IMG/VR virus record: IMGVR_UViG_2563366903_000018
Length of the DNA: 12,535 nt
Source: a virus
Taxonomy: Duplodnaviria > Heunggongvirae > Uroviricota > Caudoviricetes
Strand: one strand, 5' to 3'
Position numbers and translations under genes: made by a program. This document shows, piece by piece, positions 5,029 to 12,535 of this stretch (position 1 is the stretch's first letter; every line of letters begins with the position of its first letter). The notes beneath the pieces were generated by a model that made no database searches, was not told where the DNA came from, and worked only from the letters and a program-made list of their open reading frames with translations.

Positions 5029-7792
5029 TCAGCGCCTGGAAGAACGCCAGAAAAAGCTGCAGCAGCAGACGGCGCTTGTGCGTGCTGAACTGTACCGGGC
5101 GGGAATTTCTGCGAAAGACGATGCGGGAGCAACTGCCCGTTTAGCCCGTGAAACATCACGTTATAACCAGGAACTTTCGAAACAGGAGGCGCGGCTGAAG
5201 CGACTGGGGGAAGCTCAGCGCAGGATGAATGCAGCGCGTGCCAGTTATGCCCGTTCGCTGGAGGTGCGTGATCGTATTGCAGGTGCCGGAGCCACCACCA
5301 CGGCTGCAGGGCTGGCAATGGGTGCGCCAGTGATGGCGGCAGTAAAAAGCTATACCAGCATGGAAGATGCCATGAAAGGTGTGGCAAAGCAGGTCAATGG
5401 TCTGCGTGACGATAATGGCAACCGCACTGCACGTTTTTATGAAATGCAGGATGCCATCAAGGCTGCCAGCGAACAGTTGCCGATGGAAAACGGTGCGGTG
5501 GACTTCGCTGCACTGGTTGAAGGTGGTGCGCGCATGAACGTCGCAAACCCTGACGACAGCTGGGAAGATCAGAAACGTGACCTGCTGGCCTTCGCCAGTA
5601 CGGCAGCAAAGGCGGCAACAGCCTTTGAGCTGCCAGCGGATGAACTGTCAGAAAGTCTGGGGAAAATCGCCCAGCTCTACAAAATCCCCACCCGCAATAT
5701 TGAACAGCTCGGTGATGCGCTGAACTATCTGGATGATAACGCCATGTCGAAAGGGGCAGACATCATTGATGTGATGCAACGTCTGGGCGGTGTGGCTGAC
5801 CGTCTGGATTATCGTAAAGCGGCGGCGCTGGGTTCCACCTTCCTGACACTGGGCGCTGCGCCAGAGGTTGCAGCCAGTGCAGCAAACGCGATGGTGCGTG
5901 AATTGTCCATTGCCACCATGCAAAGCAAGAGTTTCTTTGAAGGGATGAATCTGCTGAAACTCAATCCTGAAGTGATTGAAAAGCAGATGACGAAGGATGC
6001 GATGGGAACCATCCAGCGCGTGCTGGAGAAGGTAAACGCGCTGCCGCAGGACAAGCGCCTGTCTGCCATGACTATGTTGTTTGGTAAAGAGTTTGGCGAT
6101 GACGCGGCGAAACTGGCAAACAACCTGCCGGAACTGCAGCGTCAGTTAAAACTGACAGCGGGCAATGATGCGCTTGGCTCCATGCAGAAAGAATCCGACA
6201 TTAACAAGGATTCACTTTCTGCGCAGTGGTTGCTGGTCAAAACCGGAGCGCAGAACACCTTCAGCAGCCTGGGCGAAACGCTGCGCCAGCCGCTGATGGA
6301 TATTCTGTACACGGTGAAAAGCGTCACGGGGGCGTTGCGTCGCTGGGTGGAAGCTAACCCGGAACTGACAGGCACACTGATGAAAGCATCGGCTGTTGTG
6401 GCTGCGGTTACCGTCGGCCTCGGCACCTTAGCGGTGGCGCTGGCTGCAGTGCTGGGGCCGCTGGCAGTGATCCGTCTGGGATTCTCTGTGTTGGGTATCA
6501 AAACGTTATCTTCCGTTACGGCAGCAGTAACTCGAACCAGCAGCGCGTTGTCCTGGCTGGCTGGCGCACCACTGGCACTGCTGCGACGCGGGCTTGCTTC
6601 ATCGGGCAACGCCGCAGGTTTACTTACTGCGCCGTTGTCGTCTTTGCGCCGCACGGCATCACTGACGGGAAATGTCCTGAAAACTGTAGCAGGTGCGCCG
6701 GTTGCACTTTTGCGGTCTGGATTATCCGGTTTACGTGCTGTTGCTGTGATGTTTATGAATCCTCTGGCGGTACTGCGCGGTGGACTGGCCGCCGCAGGCA
6801 CGGTGCTGCGAGTACTGGCATCTGGTCCACTGGCGATGCTGCGCGTTGCCCTGTATGCCATATCTGGTCTGTTAGGTGCTCTGCTCAGTCCGATAGGTCT
6901 TGTGGTTACTGCACTGGCGGGCGTGGCGCTGGTTGTCTGGAAATACTGGCAACCCATCACCGCATTTCTCGGTGGCGTGGTGGAAGGATTCAAAGCGGCG
7001 GCAGGTCCCATCAGTGCAGCGTTCGAACCGCTTAAGCCCGTGTTCCAGTGGATTGGCGACAAAGTGCAGGCGCTGTGGGGCTGGTTTACTGATCTGCTGA
7101 CGCCCGTTAAGTCGACCTCTGCCGAACTGCAGAGCGCAGCGGCAATGGGGCGGCGATTCGGGGAGGCACTGGCGGAAGGGCTGAATATGGTCATGCATCC
7201 GCTGGACTCCCTGAAATCCGGAGTTTCCTGGTTGCTGGAGAAGCTCGGCATTGTCAGTAAAGAGGCCGCAAAGGCAAAACTGCCGGAAAGCGTGACGCGT
7301 CAGCAACCTGCGACGGTGAATGCAGACGGTAAAGTGATGATGCCATCGGGTGGTTTTCCATCATGGGGATATGGCTTTGCGGGGATGTATGACAGCGGCG
7401 GGTATATCCCGCGCGGGCAGTTTGGCATCGTCGGTGAAAACGGGCCGGAAATTGTTAACGGCCCGGCAAATGTGACCAGCCGGAGAAATACAGCTGCACT
7501 GGCTGCCGTTGTTGCCGGAATGATGGGCGTTGCTGCCGCGCCAGCAGAGCTTCCACCGTTGCACCCCTTGGCACTTCCCGCGAAAGGTGGAGAAGCAATT
7601 GTGAGTCGCGCAGCCACTGTGCCGCTCGTTCAACGGATTGAGGCACCGACGCAGATCATCATTCAGACGCAGCCAGGACAAAGTGCGCAGGATATTGCGC
7701 GGGAGGTGGCACGCCAACTTGATGAACGTGAACGCAGGCTGAAGGCAAAAGCCAGGAGTAACTACAGCGATCAGGGGGGATACGACGCATGA
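5029..7792 (+). CDS. T: Tail tape measure protein gpT, exon 2 (predicted 3' splice site before 5029; stop at 7790..7792)
   Basis: 934-codon open frame (the ORF track starts it at an internal GTG at 4988, inside the intron). Ala/Gly/Leu-rich with a repeat-bearing central region and a C-terminal region typical of tape measure proteins. Same frame as exon 1; predicted junction codon gt|t gives ...ALGRQRLAV-QRLEERQKKLQQQ.... Stop overlaps the U start (ATGA). Confidence 0.6.
6566..6940 (+). repeat. Tandem degenerate repeats of about 20-22 aa within the tape measure protein (PLAxLRxGL-type units)
   Basis: The translation shows consecutive units: APLALLRRGLASSGNAAGLLT / APLSSLRRTASLTGNVLKTVAG / APVALLRSGLSGLRAVAVMFMN / PLAVLRGGLAAAGTVLRVLASG / PLAMLRVALYAISGLLGALLS / PIGLVVTALAGVALVV. 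Confidence 0.6.
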
Positions 7793-8274
7793 TGATGGTG
7801 CTGGGATTGTACGTGTTTATGCTGCGCACCGTTCCGTATCAGGAACTGCAGTATCAACGCAGCTGGCGACATGCGGCAAACAGTCGGGTAAACCGACGTC
7901 CGTCCACGCAGTTTCTGGGACCGGAAAACGACATGCTGACGCTTTCCGGTGTTCTTATGCCGGAGATAACAGGCGGCAGGCTGTCGTTGCTGGCACTGGA
8001 GCAGATGGCAGAACAGGGGAAAGCATGGCCCCTGATTGAAGGCAGTGGCACGATTTACGGTATGTATGTGATTGAGGGACTGAATCAGACTAAAACGGAG
8101 TTTTTCCGCGATGGTATGCCGCGCCGGATTGAGTTTACCCTGTCGCTCAAACGGGTGGATGAATCCCTGTCCGATATGTTCGGTGATCTCAGTGCGCAGC
8201 TGAATAATTTGCAGGATACGGCAACGTCTGCCTTAAGCGATATCAGTAAAACGGTGGGAGGGCTGCTGTCGTGA
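7789..8274 (+). CDS. U: Tail protein gpU homolog
   Basis: 161-aa ORF whose start overlaps the T stop (ATGA); size and position match P2 gpU (about 159 aa). Confidence 0.85.
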   Translation: MMMVLGLYVFMLRTVPYQELQYQRSWRHAANSRVNRRPSTQFLGPENDMLTLSGVLMPEITGGRLSLLALEQMAEQGKAWPLIEGSGTIYGMYVIEGLNQTKTEFFRDGMPRRIEFTLSLKRVDESLSDMFGDLSAQLNNLQDTATSALSDISKTVGGLLS

Positions 8275-9371
8275 ATTTCAGCTCTGAACTGCTTAACAAA
8301 GGCAACAAAACTCCGGCATTCAGCATCAGTATTGAAGGCAGGGATATCACTACTGTGCTGGACAACCGCCTGATGGGGCTTACGCTGACGGATAACCGGG
8401 GCTTTGAAGCGGACCAGCTTGATCTGGAGCTGGACGACGCCGATGGAAAAATCGTGCTGCCGCGCCGTGGTGCGGTCATTACGCTGGCGCTGGGCTGGAA
8501 GGGGCAGCCGCTTTTCCCGAAAGGGGCATTCACGGTGGACGAGATTGAACACACTGGCGCACCGGACCGCCTGACTATCCGGGCGCGAAGTGCTGATTTT
8601 CGTGAAACACTGAATACCCGCCGTGAAAAGTCGTGGCACAAGACCACCGTTGGGGAAGTGGTGAAGGAAATAGCTGCGCGGCACAAACTGAAGATGGCAT
8701 TGGGTAAAGACCTGTCAGATAAACCCGTGGAACATATAGATCAGACCAATGAGAGTGACGGCAGTTTTCTGATGCGGCTGGCGCGCCAGTACGGTGCTAT
8801 TGCGTCGGTGAAAAATGGCAATCTGTTATTCATCCGACAGGGGCAGGGTAAAAGCGCCAGTGGTAAACCACTACCGGTTATCACTATCACACGTAAGGAC
8901 GGCGACAGTCACCGCTTTACCCTGGCAGATCGCGGAGCTTACACGGGCGTAATTGCCAGCTGGTTGCATACCCGCGAACCCGCGAAGAAAGAAAGCACCG
9001 CGGTGAAGCGTAAGCGCAGGACTAAGAAGCAGAAGAAAGAGCCGGAAACGAAGCAGGGCGATTATCTGGTGGGTACGGATGAAAACGTGCTGGTACTTAA
9101 TCGCACCTATGCTAATCGGAGTAACGCCGAACGGGCAGCGAAAATGCAGTGGGAACGCCTGCAACGCGGCGTTGCGTCATTCTCGCTACAACTGGCGGAA
9201 GGGCGGGCAGATCTCTACACGGAAATGCCAGTGAAAGTCAGTGGCTTTAAACAGCCGATAGATGATGCGGAATGGACCATTACGACTCTGACGCATACCG
9301 TCAGCCCCGATAACGGTTTTACAACCAGTCTGGAGCTTGAAGTGAGGATTGATGATTTCGAAATGGAATGA
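8271..9371 (+). CDS. D: Tail protein gpD homolog (late control gene D product)
   Basis: 366-aa ORF with a GTG start overlapping the U stop (GTGA); position before ogr and length match P2 gpD (about 387 aa). Confidence 0.85.
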   Translation: MNFSSELLNKGNKTPAFSISIEGRDITTVLDNRLMGLTLTDNRGFEADQLDLELDDADGKIVLPRRGAVITLALGWKGQPLFPKGAFTVDEIEHTGAPDRLTIRARSADFRETLNTRREKSWHKTTVGEVVKEIAARHKLKMALGKDLSDKPVEHIDQTNESDGSFLMRLARQYGAIASVKNGNLLFIRQGQGKSASGKPLPVITITRKDGDSHRFTLADRGAYTGVIASWLHTREPAKKESTAVKRKRRTKKQKKEPETKQGDYLVGTDENVLVLNRTYANRSNAERAAKMQWERLQRGVASFSLQLAEGRADLYTEMPVKVSGFKQPIDDAEWTITTLTHTVSPDNGFTTSLELEVRIDDFEME

Positions 9372-9397
9372 TTCTTCGCAATGGAGAACTTTTAAGT

Positions 9398-9427
9398 TTG
9401 CAAAATGGAATAATGCGGTATCATTAT
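9398..9427 (+). promoter_or_regulatory. Candidate sigma70 promoter for ogr (-35 TTGCAA 9398..9403, 18-bp spacer, -10 CATTAT 9422..9427)
   Basis: Hexamers read directly from the sequence upstream of ogr; RBS-like ggggaga precedes the ATG at 9462. Confidence 0.35.
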
Positions 9428-9461
9428 TGTGAATTTAGCAAAAATGGGGAGAACTCGAAAA

Positions 9462-9680
9462 ATGATGATTTGCCCACTGTGTGGAAGTGCCGCCCATACT
9501 CGCAGCAGTTTTCAGGTATCTTCATTGACCAAAGAGCGTTACAACCAGTGCCAGAACATTAACTGCAGCCATACTTTTGTTACCCATGAAACTTTTGTTC
9601 GTTCGATTGCAACGCCAAAAGAGTCAAATCCGGTTCAGCCACATCCAATGAAATCAGGACAGGTGGCGCTCTCTCTTTGA
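9462..9680 (+). CDS. ogr: Late gene transcriptional activator Ogr (zinc-finger protein)
   Basis: The ORF track starts it at 9429, but the ATG at 9462 has the better RBS and gives a 72-aa protein MMICPLCGSAAHTRSS...YNQCQNINCSHTF with the CxxC...CxxxxC zinc-binding pattern and the length of P2 Ogr. It is the last phage gene before host DNA, as expected for the right end of a P2 prophage. Confidence 0.85.
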   Translation: MMICPLCGSAAHTRSSFQVSSLTKERYNQCQNINCSHTFVTHETFVRSIATPKESNPVQPHPMKSGQVALSL

Positions 9681-9750
9681 CGCTGCCGCCATTTTGTCGC
9701 CATCGTTAAAAAACAGTGTTTCTAACATCATGATTTTAAACAGTTTAAAT
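9681..9750. other. Predicted prophage right end / host junction (attR expected in this interval)
   Basis: In P2 the attachment site lies immediately downstream of ogr. Here ogr is followed within about 240 bp by a chromosomal gene (ybjL) and its terminator. The exact core cannot be identified without the other prophage end or an unoccupied site. Confidence 0.3.
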
Positions 9751-9793
9751 TTCAGGCAACAAAAAACCCATCAACCTTGAACCGAAATGGCGG
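9751..9793 (-). terminator. Rho-independent terminator for ybjL (minus strand)
   Basis: Perfect 10-bp inverted repeat CCCATCAACC (9757..9766) / GGTTGATGGG (9784..9793) with a 17-nt loop. On the minus strand it is followed by a U-tract (plus-strand AAAAAA at 9751..9756). It lies about 120-165 nt downstream of the ybjL stop. Confidence 0.6.
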
Positions 9794-9915
9794 GGTTGAT
9801 GGGCTCCACAAAATGGGGACATCAAAGAAAAGCAGTGGCACTAATTAAGACTGATGCCCTGCGGAAAAGTTCTGCGGTTGTGCAAAAAAATTTCATTTTC
9901 AGGGCAACTTCAGTT

Positions 9916-11601
9916 TTATCCTAATCCTGGCCATACCATGACGATGATTGTCCCTGCCAGCGTCAGCAGGACGTTGGCGATTGCATAGGTGCCCGCATAG
10001 CCCAGCGCCGGGATGTTACTGCGAGCTGTATCACTGATGATCTCCATTGCCGGCGCGCAGGTGCGTGCGCCCATCATTGCGCCGAACAACAGTGCGCGGT
10101 TCATTCGCAATACATAAGCACCGAACAAGAAACAGATAACCACTGGCACAAGACTGACAATCAATCCGGCAATCAACATCTGACCGCCAATCGCGCCCAG
10201 GCCGTTATTAATACCGCTACCGGCGCTCAGACCAACGCCTGCCATAAACACCATTAAGCCGAACTCTTTCACCATGCTTAATGCACCCTGCGGAATGTAA
10301 CCGAAGGTCGGGTGGTTAGCGCGCATAAATCCCAGCATAATTCCGGCGAATAACAACCCGGCAGCGTTCCCCATGCCGAAACTGAATGTGCTGAACTGGA
10401 AGGTGATCATCCCGATCATCAGCCCAATAACAAAGAAGGCGCAGAATGCCAGCAAGTCAGTGACCTGGCTGTGAATCGAGATAAAGCCGATGCGATCGGC
10501 GATGGTTTTTACGCGACGGGCATCGCCGCTGACTTGTAAAACGTCACCTTTGTTAAGCACGACGTTGTCATCTATCGGCATCTCAATCTGGCTACGAATG
10601 ACGCGGTTAAGGAAGCAACCGTGATCGGTCAACTTCAGTTGTGCGAGACGTTTGCCCACGGCGTTATGGTTTTTAACGACCACTTCTTCAGTGACGATAC
10701 GCATGTCGAGAAGGTCACGATCGAAAACTTCTTTGCCGTTACGGAAGCTGGGATCGAGTCGTGCGTGGGCGTCGGGATAGCCTACCAACGCTATTTCATC
10801 TCCCATTTGTAGCACAGCATCACCGTCTGGATTCGCCAGAATCCCGTTACGTCGAATACGTTCAATGTAGCAGCCAGTTTGTCGATAAATACCCAGTTCA
10901 CGCAGATTTTTGCCGTCGGTCCAGGCCACCAGCTCCGGGCCGACGCGGTAGGCGCGGATCACCGGTAAATAAACCTTACGGTTGGCATCAGTGTCCAGGC
11001 CACGTTCGCGGGCGATTTGCTGGGCGCTGGTCTGTAAGTCCTGATGCTGCAATTTCGGCAAGTAACGCGCACCAACAATCAAACTCACCAGACCGATTAA
11101 ATAGGTTAAGGCATACCCGAGGCTCAGATTATCCAGTGCCAGTGAGAGCTGCCTGCTTTCCATGCCGGAATGACGCAGTGTATCGCCAGCACCGACCAGA
11201 ACCGGTGTCGACGTCATAGAGCCAGCTAACATACCGGCCGTCAGGCCAATATCCCAGCCAAACAGCTTACCTAACCCTAAGGCGATCACCAGCGCACTGC
11301 CAACCATCACCAGTGCTAACATTAGGTAATTTTTCCCATCGCGAAAAAAAATGGAAAAAAAGTTCGGTCCGGCTTCGACTCCGACGCAGAAAATAAACAG
11401 CATAAAGCCAAGATTAAGCGCGTCGGTGTTAATGCTGAAATGTTGTTGGCCTAATAACAGCGATACGACTAAAACGCCAATGGAATTACCCAGTTGGATC
11501 GAACCAAGTCGTAATTTCCCGAGACATAGCCCAAGCGCGAGGACCACAAATAATAACAGAATGTAATTCCCATTTAACAATTCGGCGACGTTTATATTCA
11601 C
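9916..11601 (-). CDS. ybjL: Putative transport protein YbjL (AAE-family membrane transporter with internal TrkA-C-like domains)
   Basis: 561-aa ORF starting [20 protein letters not shown]; hydrophobic N- and C-terminal halves flank a soluble central region; matches E. coli YbjL in length and remembered sequence. Confidence 0.9.
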
Positions 11602-11870
11602 GGAGGCTAACTTCTTGTTTACTAGTAAGCTGTTGAAAGAAATGGTAATTTACGATAATGTTTTTTACCAGAATTCAGGGCGCAGATTCATTCAGCGCAC
11701 CTAAACGATAGTAAAGTAACAATATATTTTACTAGTGTAATCACATTAGGTATCAACGGCTATATGAATTGCGTTGGCCTATATTAGCATGGAATGCGAA
11801 GCGGCTTTATCTTACTGAACGCCACACTGGCGAAAAATGTGTTCGATAGACGCAGTGTCAGGAGGAACGA

Positions 11871-12248
11871 GTGAAACATAAACAACGTTGGGCGGGGGCA
11901 ATCTGCTGTTTTGTCCTCTTCATTGTGGTGTGTCTTTTTCTGGCGACGCACATGAAAGGCGCTTTTCGGGCTGCCGGGCATCCTGAAATCGGTTTGCTAT
12001 TTTTCATTCTTCCTGGTGCAGTTGCCAGCTTCTTTTCACATCGTAGAGAAGTCCTGAAACCTCTGTTTGGCGCAATGCTGGCGGCACCCTGTTCGATGCT
12101 CATTATGCGGCTGTTTTTTTCACCGACGCGCTCATTCTGGCAAGAGCTGGCATGGTTATTAAGTGCGGTGTTCTGGTGTGCGCTGGGGGCATTGTGTTTC
12201 TTATTTATCAGTAGTTTGTTTAAACCACAGCACAGAAAAAATCAATAA
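11871..12248 (+). CDS. ybjM: Inner membrane protein YbjM
   Basis: 125-aa hydrophobic ORF with a GTG start at 11871 preceded by RBS aggagg (11860..11865); conserved ybjL-ybjM-grxA neighbourhood of E. coli. Confidence 0.85.
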   Translation: MKHKQRWAGAICCFVLFIVVCLFLATHMKGAFRAAGHPEIGLLFFILPGAVASFFSHRREVLKPLFGAMLAAPCSMLIMRLFFSPTRSFWQELAWLLSAVFWCALGALCFLFISSLFKPQHRKNQ

Positions 12249-12268
12249 AGCCCTCAACGCGAGGGCTT
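12248..12268. terminator. Stem-loop terminator between convergent ybjM and grxA (likely bidirectional, stronger for grxA)
   Basis: Inverted repeat AAGCCCTC-aacgc-GAGGGCTT (12248..12268). On the minus strand it is followed by a T-rich run (complement of ATCAATAAA). Confidence 0.5.
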
Positions 12269-12277
12269 GTCAGACGA

Positions 12278-12535
12278 TCAGGCGTCCAGATTCTCTTTCA
12301 CCCATGCAGCAAAATCGGTATAGCCGCCGATATGTTGCTGATCGACAAAAATCTGCGGCACGGTTTCTACGGGTTTACCTGCCTTTTGTTGTAGATCTTC
12401 TTTAGTGATCCCTTCCGCACGAATATCTACATACTGATACTGGAAATCATCGCGCTCATTGCTCAATTTCTCGGCCAGATCTTTTGCACGCACACAGTAA
12501 GGGCAACCCGGACGACCAAAAATAACGGTTTGCAT
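12278..12535 (-). CDS. grxA: Glutaredoxin 1
   Basis: 85-aa ORF MQTVIFGRPGCPYCVRAKDLAEKL with the CPYC active site; the start codon is the last three bases of the window. Confidence 0.9.
   Translation of the reverse strand: MQTVIFGRPGCPYCVRAKDLAEKLSNERDDFQYQYVDIRAEGITKEDLQQKAGKPVETVPQIFVDQQHIGGYTDFAAWVKENLDA

Noticed and set aside
6142-7251. 369-aa antisense ORF on the minus strand inside T (and the other minus-strand ORFs at 6872..7306, 7300..7717)
   Set aside because: Fully overlapped by the tape measure coding frame. The translation is low-complexity (Ala/Pro/Ser/Arg-rich), typical of antisense frames in GC-rich repeats, and has no RBS or gene context.
9368-9562. 64-aa ORF overlapping the ogr promoter and 5' end, and the longer 83-aa version of ogr starting at 9429
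   Set aside because: The internal ATG at 9462 has a proper RBS and gives the canonical 72-aa Ogr; the overlapping ORF is in another frame without start signals.
9757-9793. Hairpin at the junction as a possible tRNA 3' fragment (tRNA-targeted integration)
   Set aside because: It is a simple 10-bp stem with a U-tract on the minus strand, consistent with the ybjL terminator; no T-loop/acceptor-stem architecture or CCA end is recognisable.
9739-9898. Imperfect direct repeat TTTCAGG(G)CAAC at 9740..9750 and 9888..9898 as possible att core duplication
   Set aside because: Both copies are within 150 bp on the same side of the prophage, whereas integration cores flank the whole prophage; it is short, imperfect and AT-rich, so probably chance.
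10621-11219. Plus-strand ORFs (63 and 152 aa) inside ybjL, and minus-strand ORFs 11784..12103 overlapping ybjM
   Set aside because: Antisense to well-supported host genes, with Arg/Pro-rich or otherwise atypical composition and no RBS.
1-12535. CRISPR arrays, rRNA or tRNA genes
   Set aside because: No regularly spaced direct repeats of 25-40 bp, no cloverleaf-compatible segments, and no rRNA-like conserved stretches were seen anywhere in the window.

Overview
This window holds the right-hand end of a P2-like prophage (tail/late gene cluster) joined to an E. coli chromosomal segment (ybjL, ybjM, grxA). Gene order on the + strand is: Gin/Pin-family serine invertase, tail sheath FI, tail tube FII, E with its E+E' frameshift product, tape measure T, U, D and the late activator ogr. 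The standout observation is that T appears to be split by a group II intron of about 1.8 kb (approx. 3205..5028). The intron carries a reverse transcriptase/maturase ORF (YADD motif, maturase-like domain X, no obvious endonuclease domain) and a canonical ribozyme domain V. The predicted splice is in frame and would restore a continuous tape measure protein of about 1025 aa. All calls come from reading the sequence and ORF translations by eye; no database search or RNA folding was run, and the intron boundaries are predictions accurate to a few nucleotides at best.
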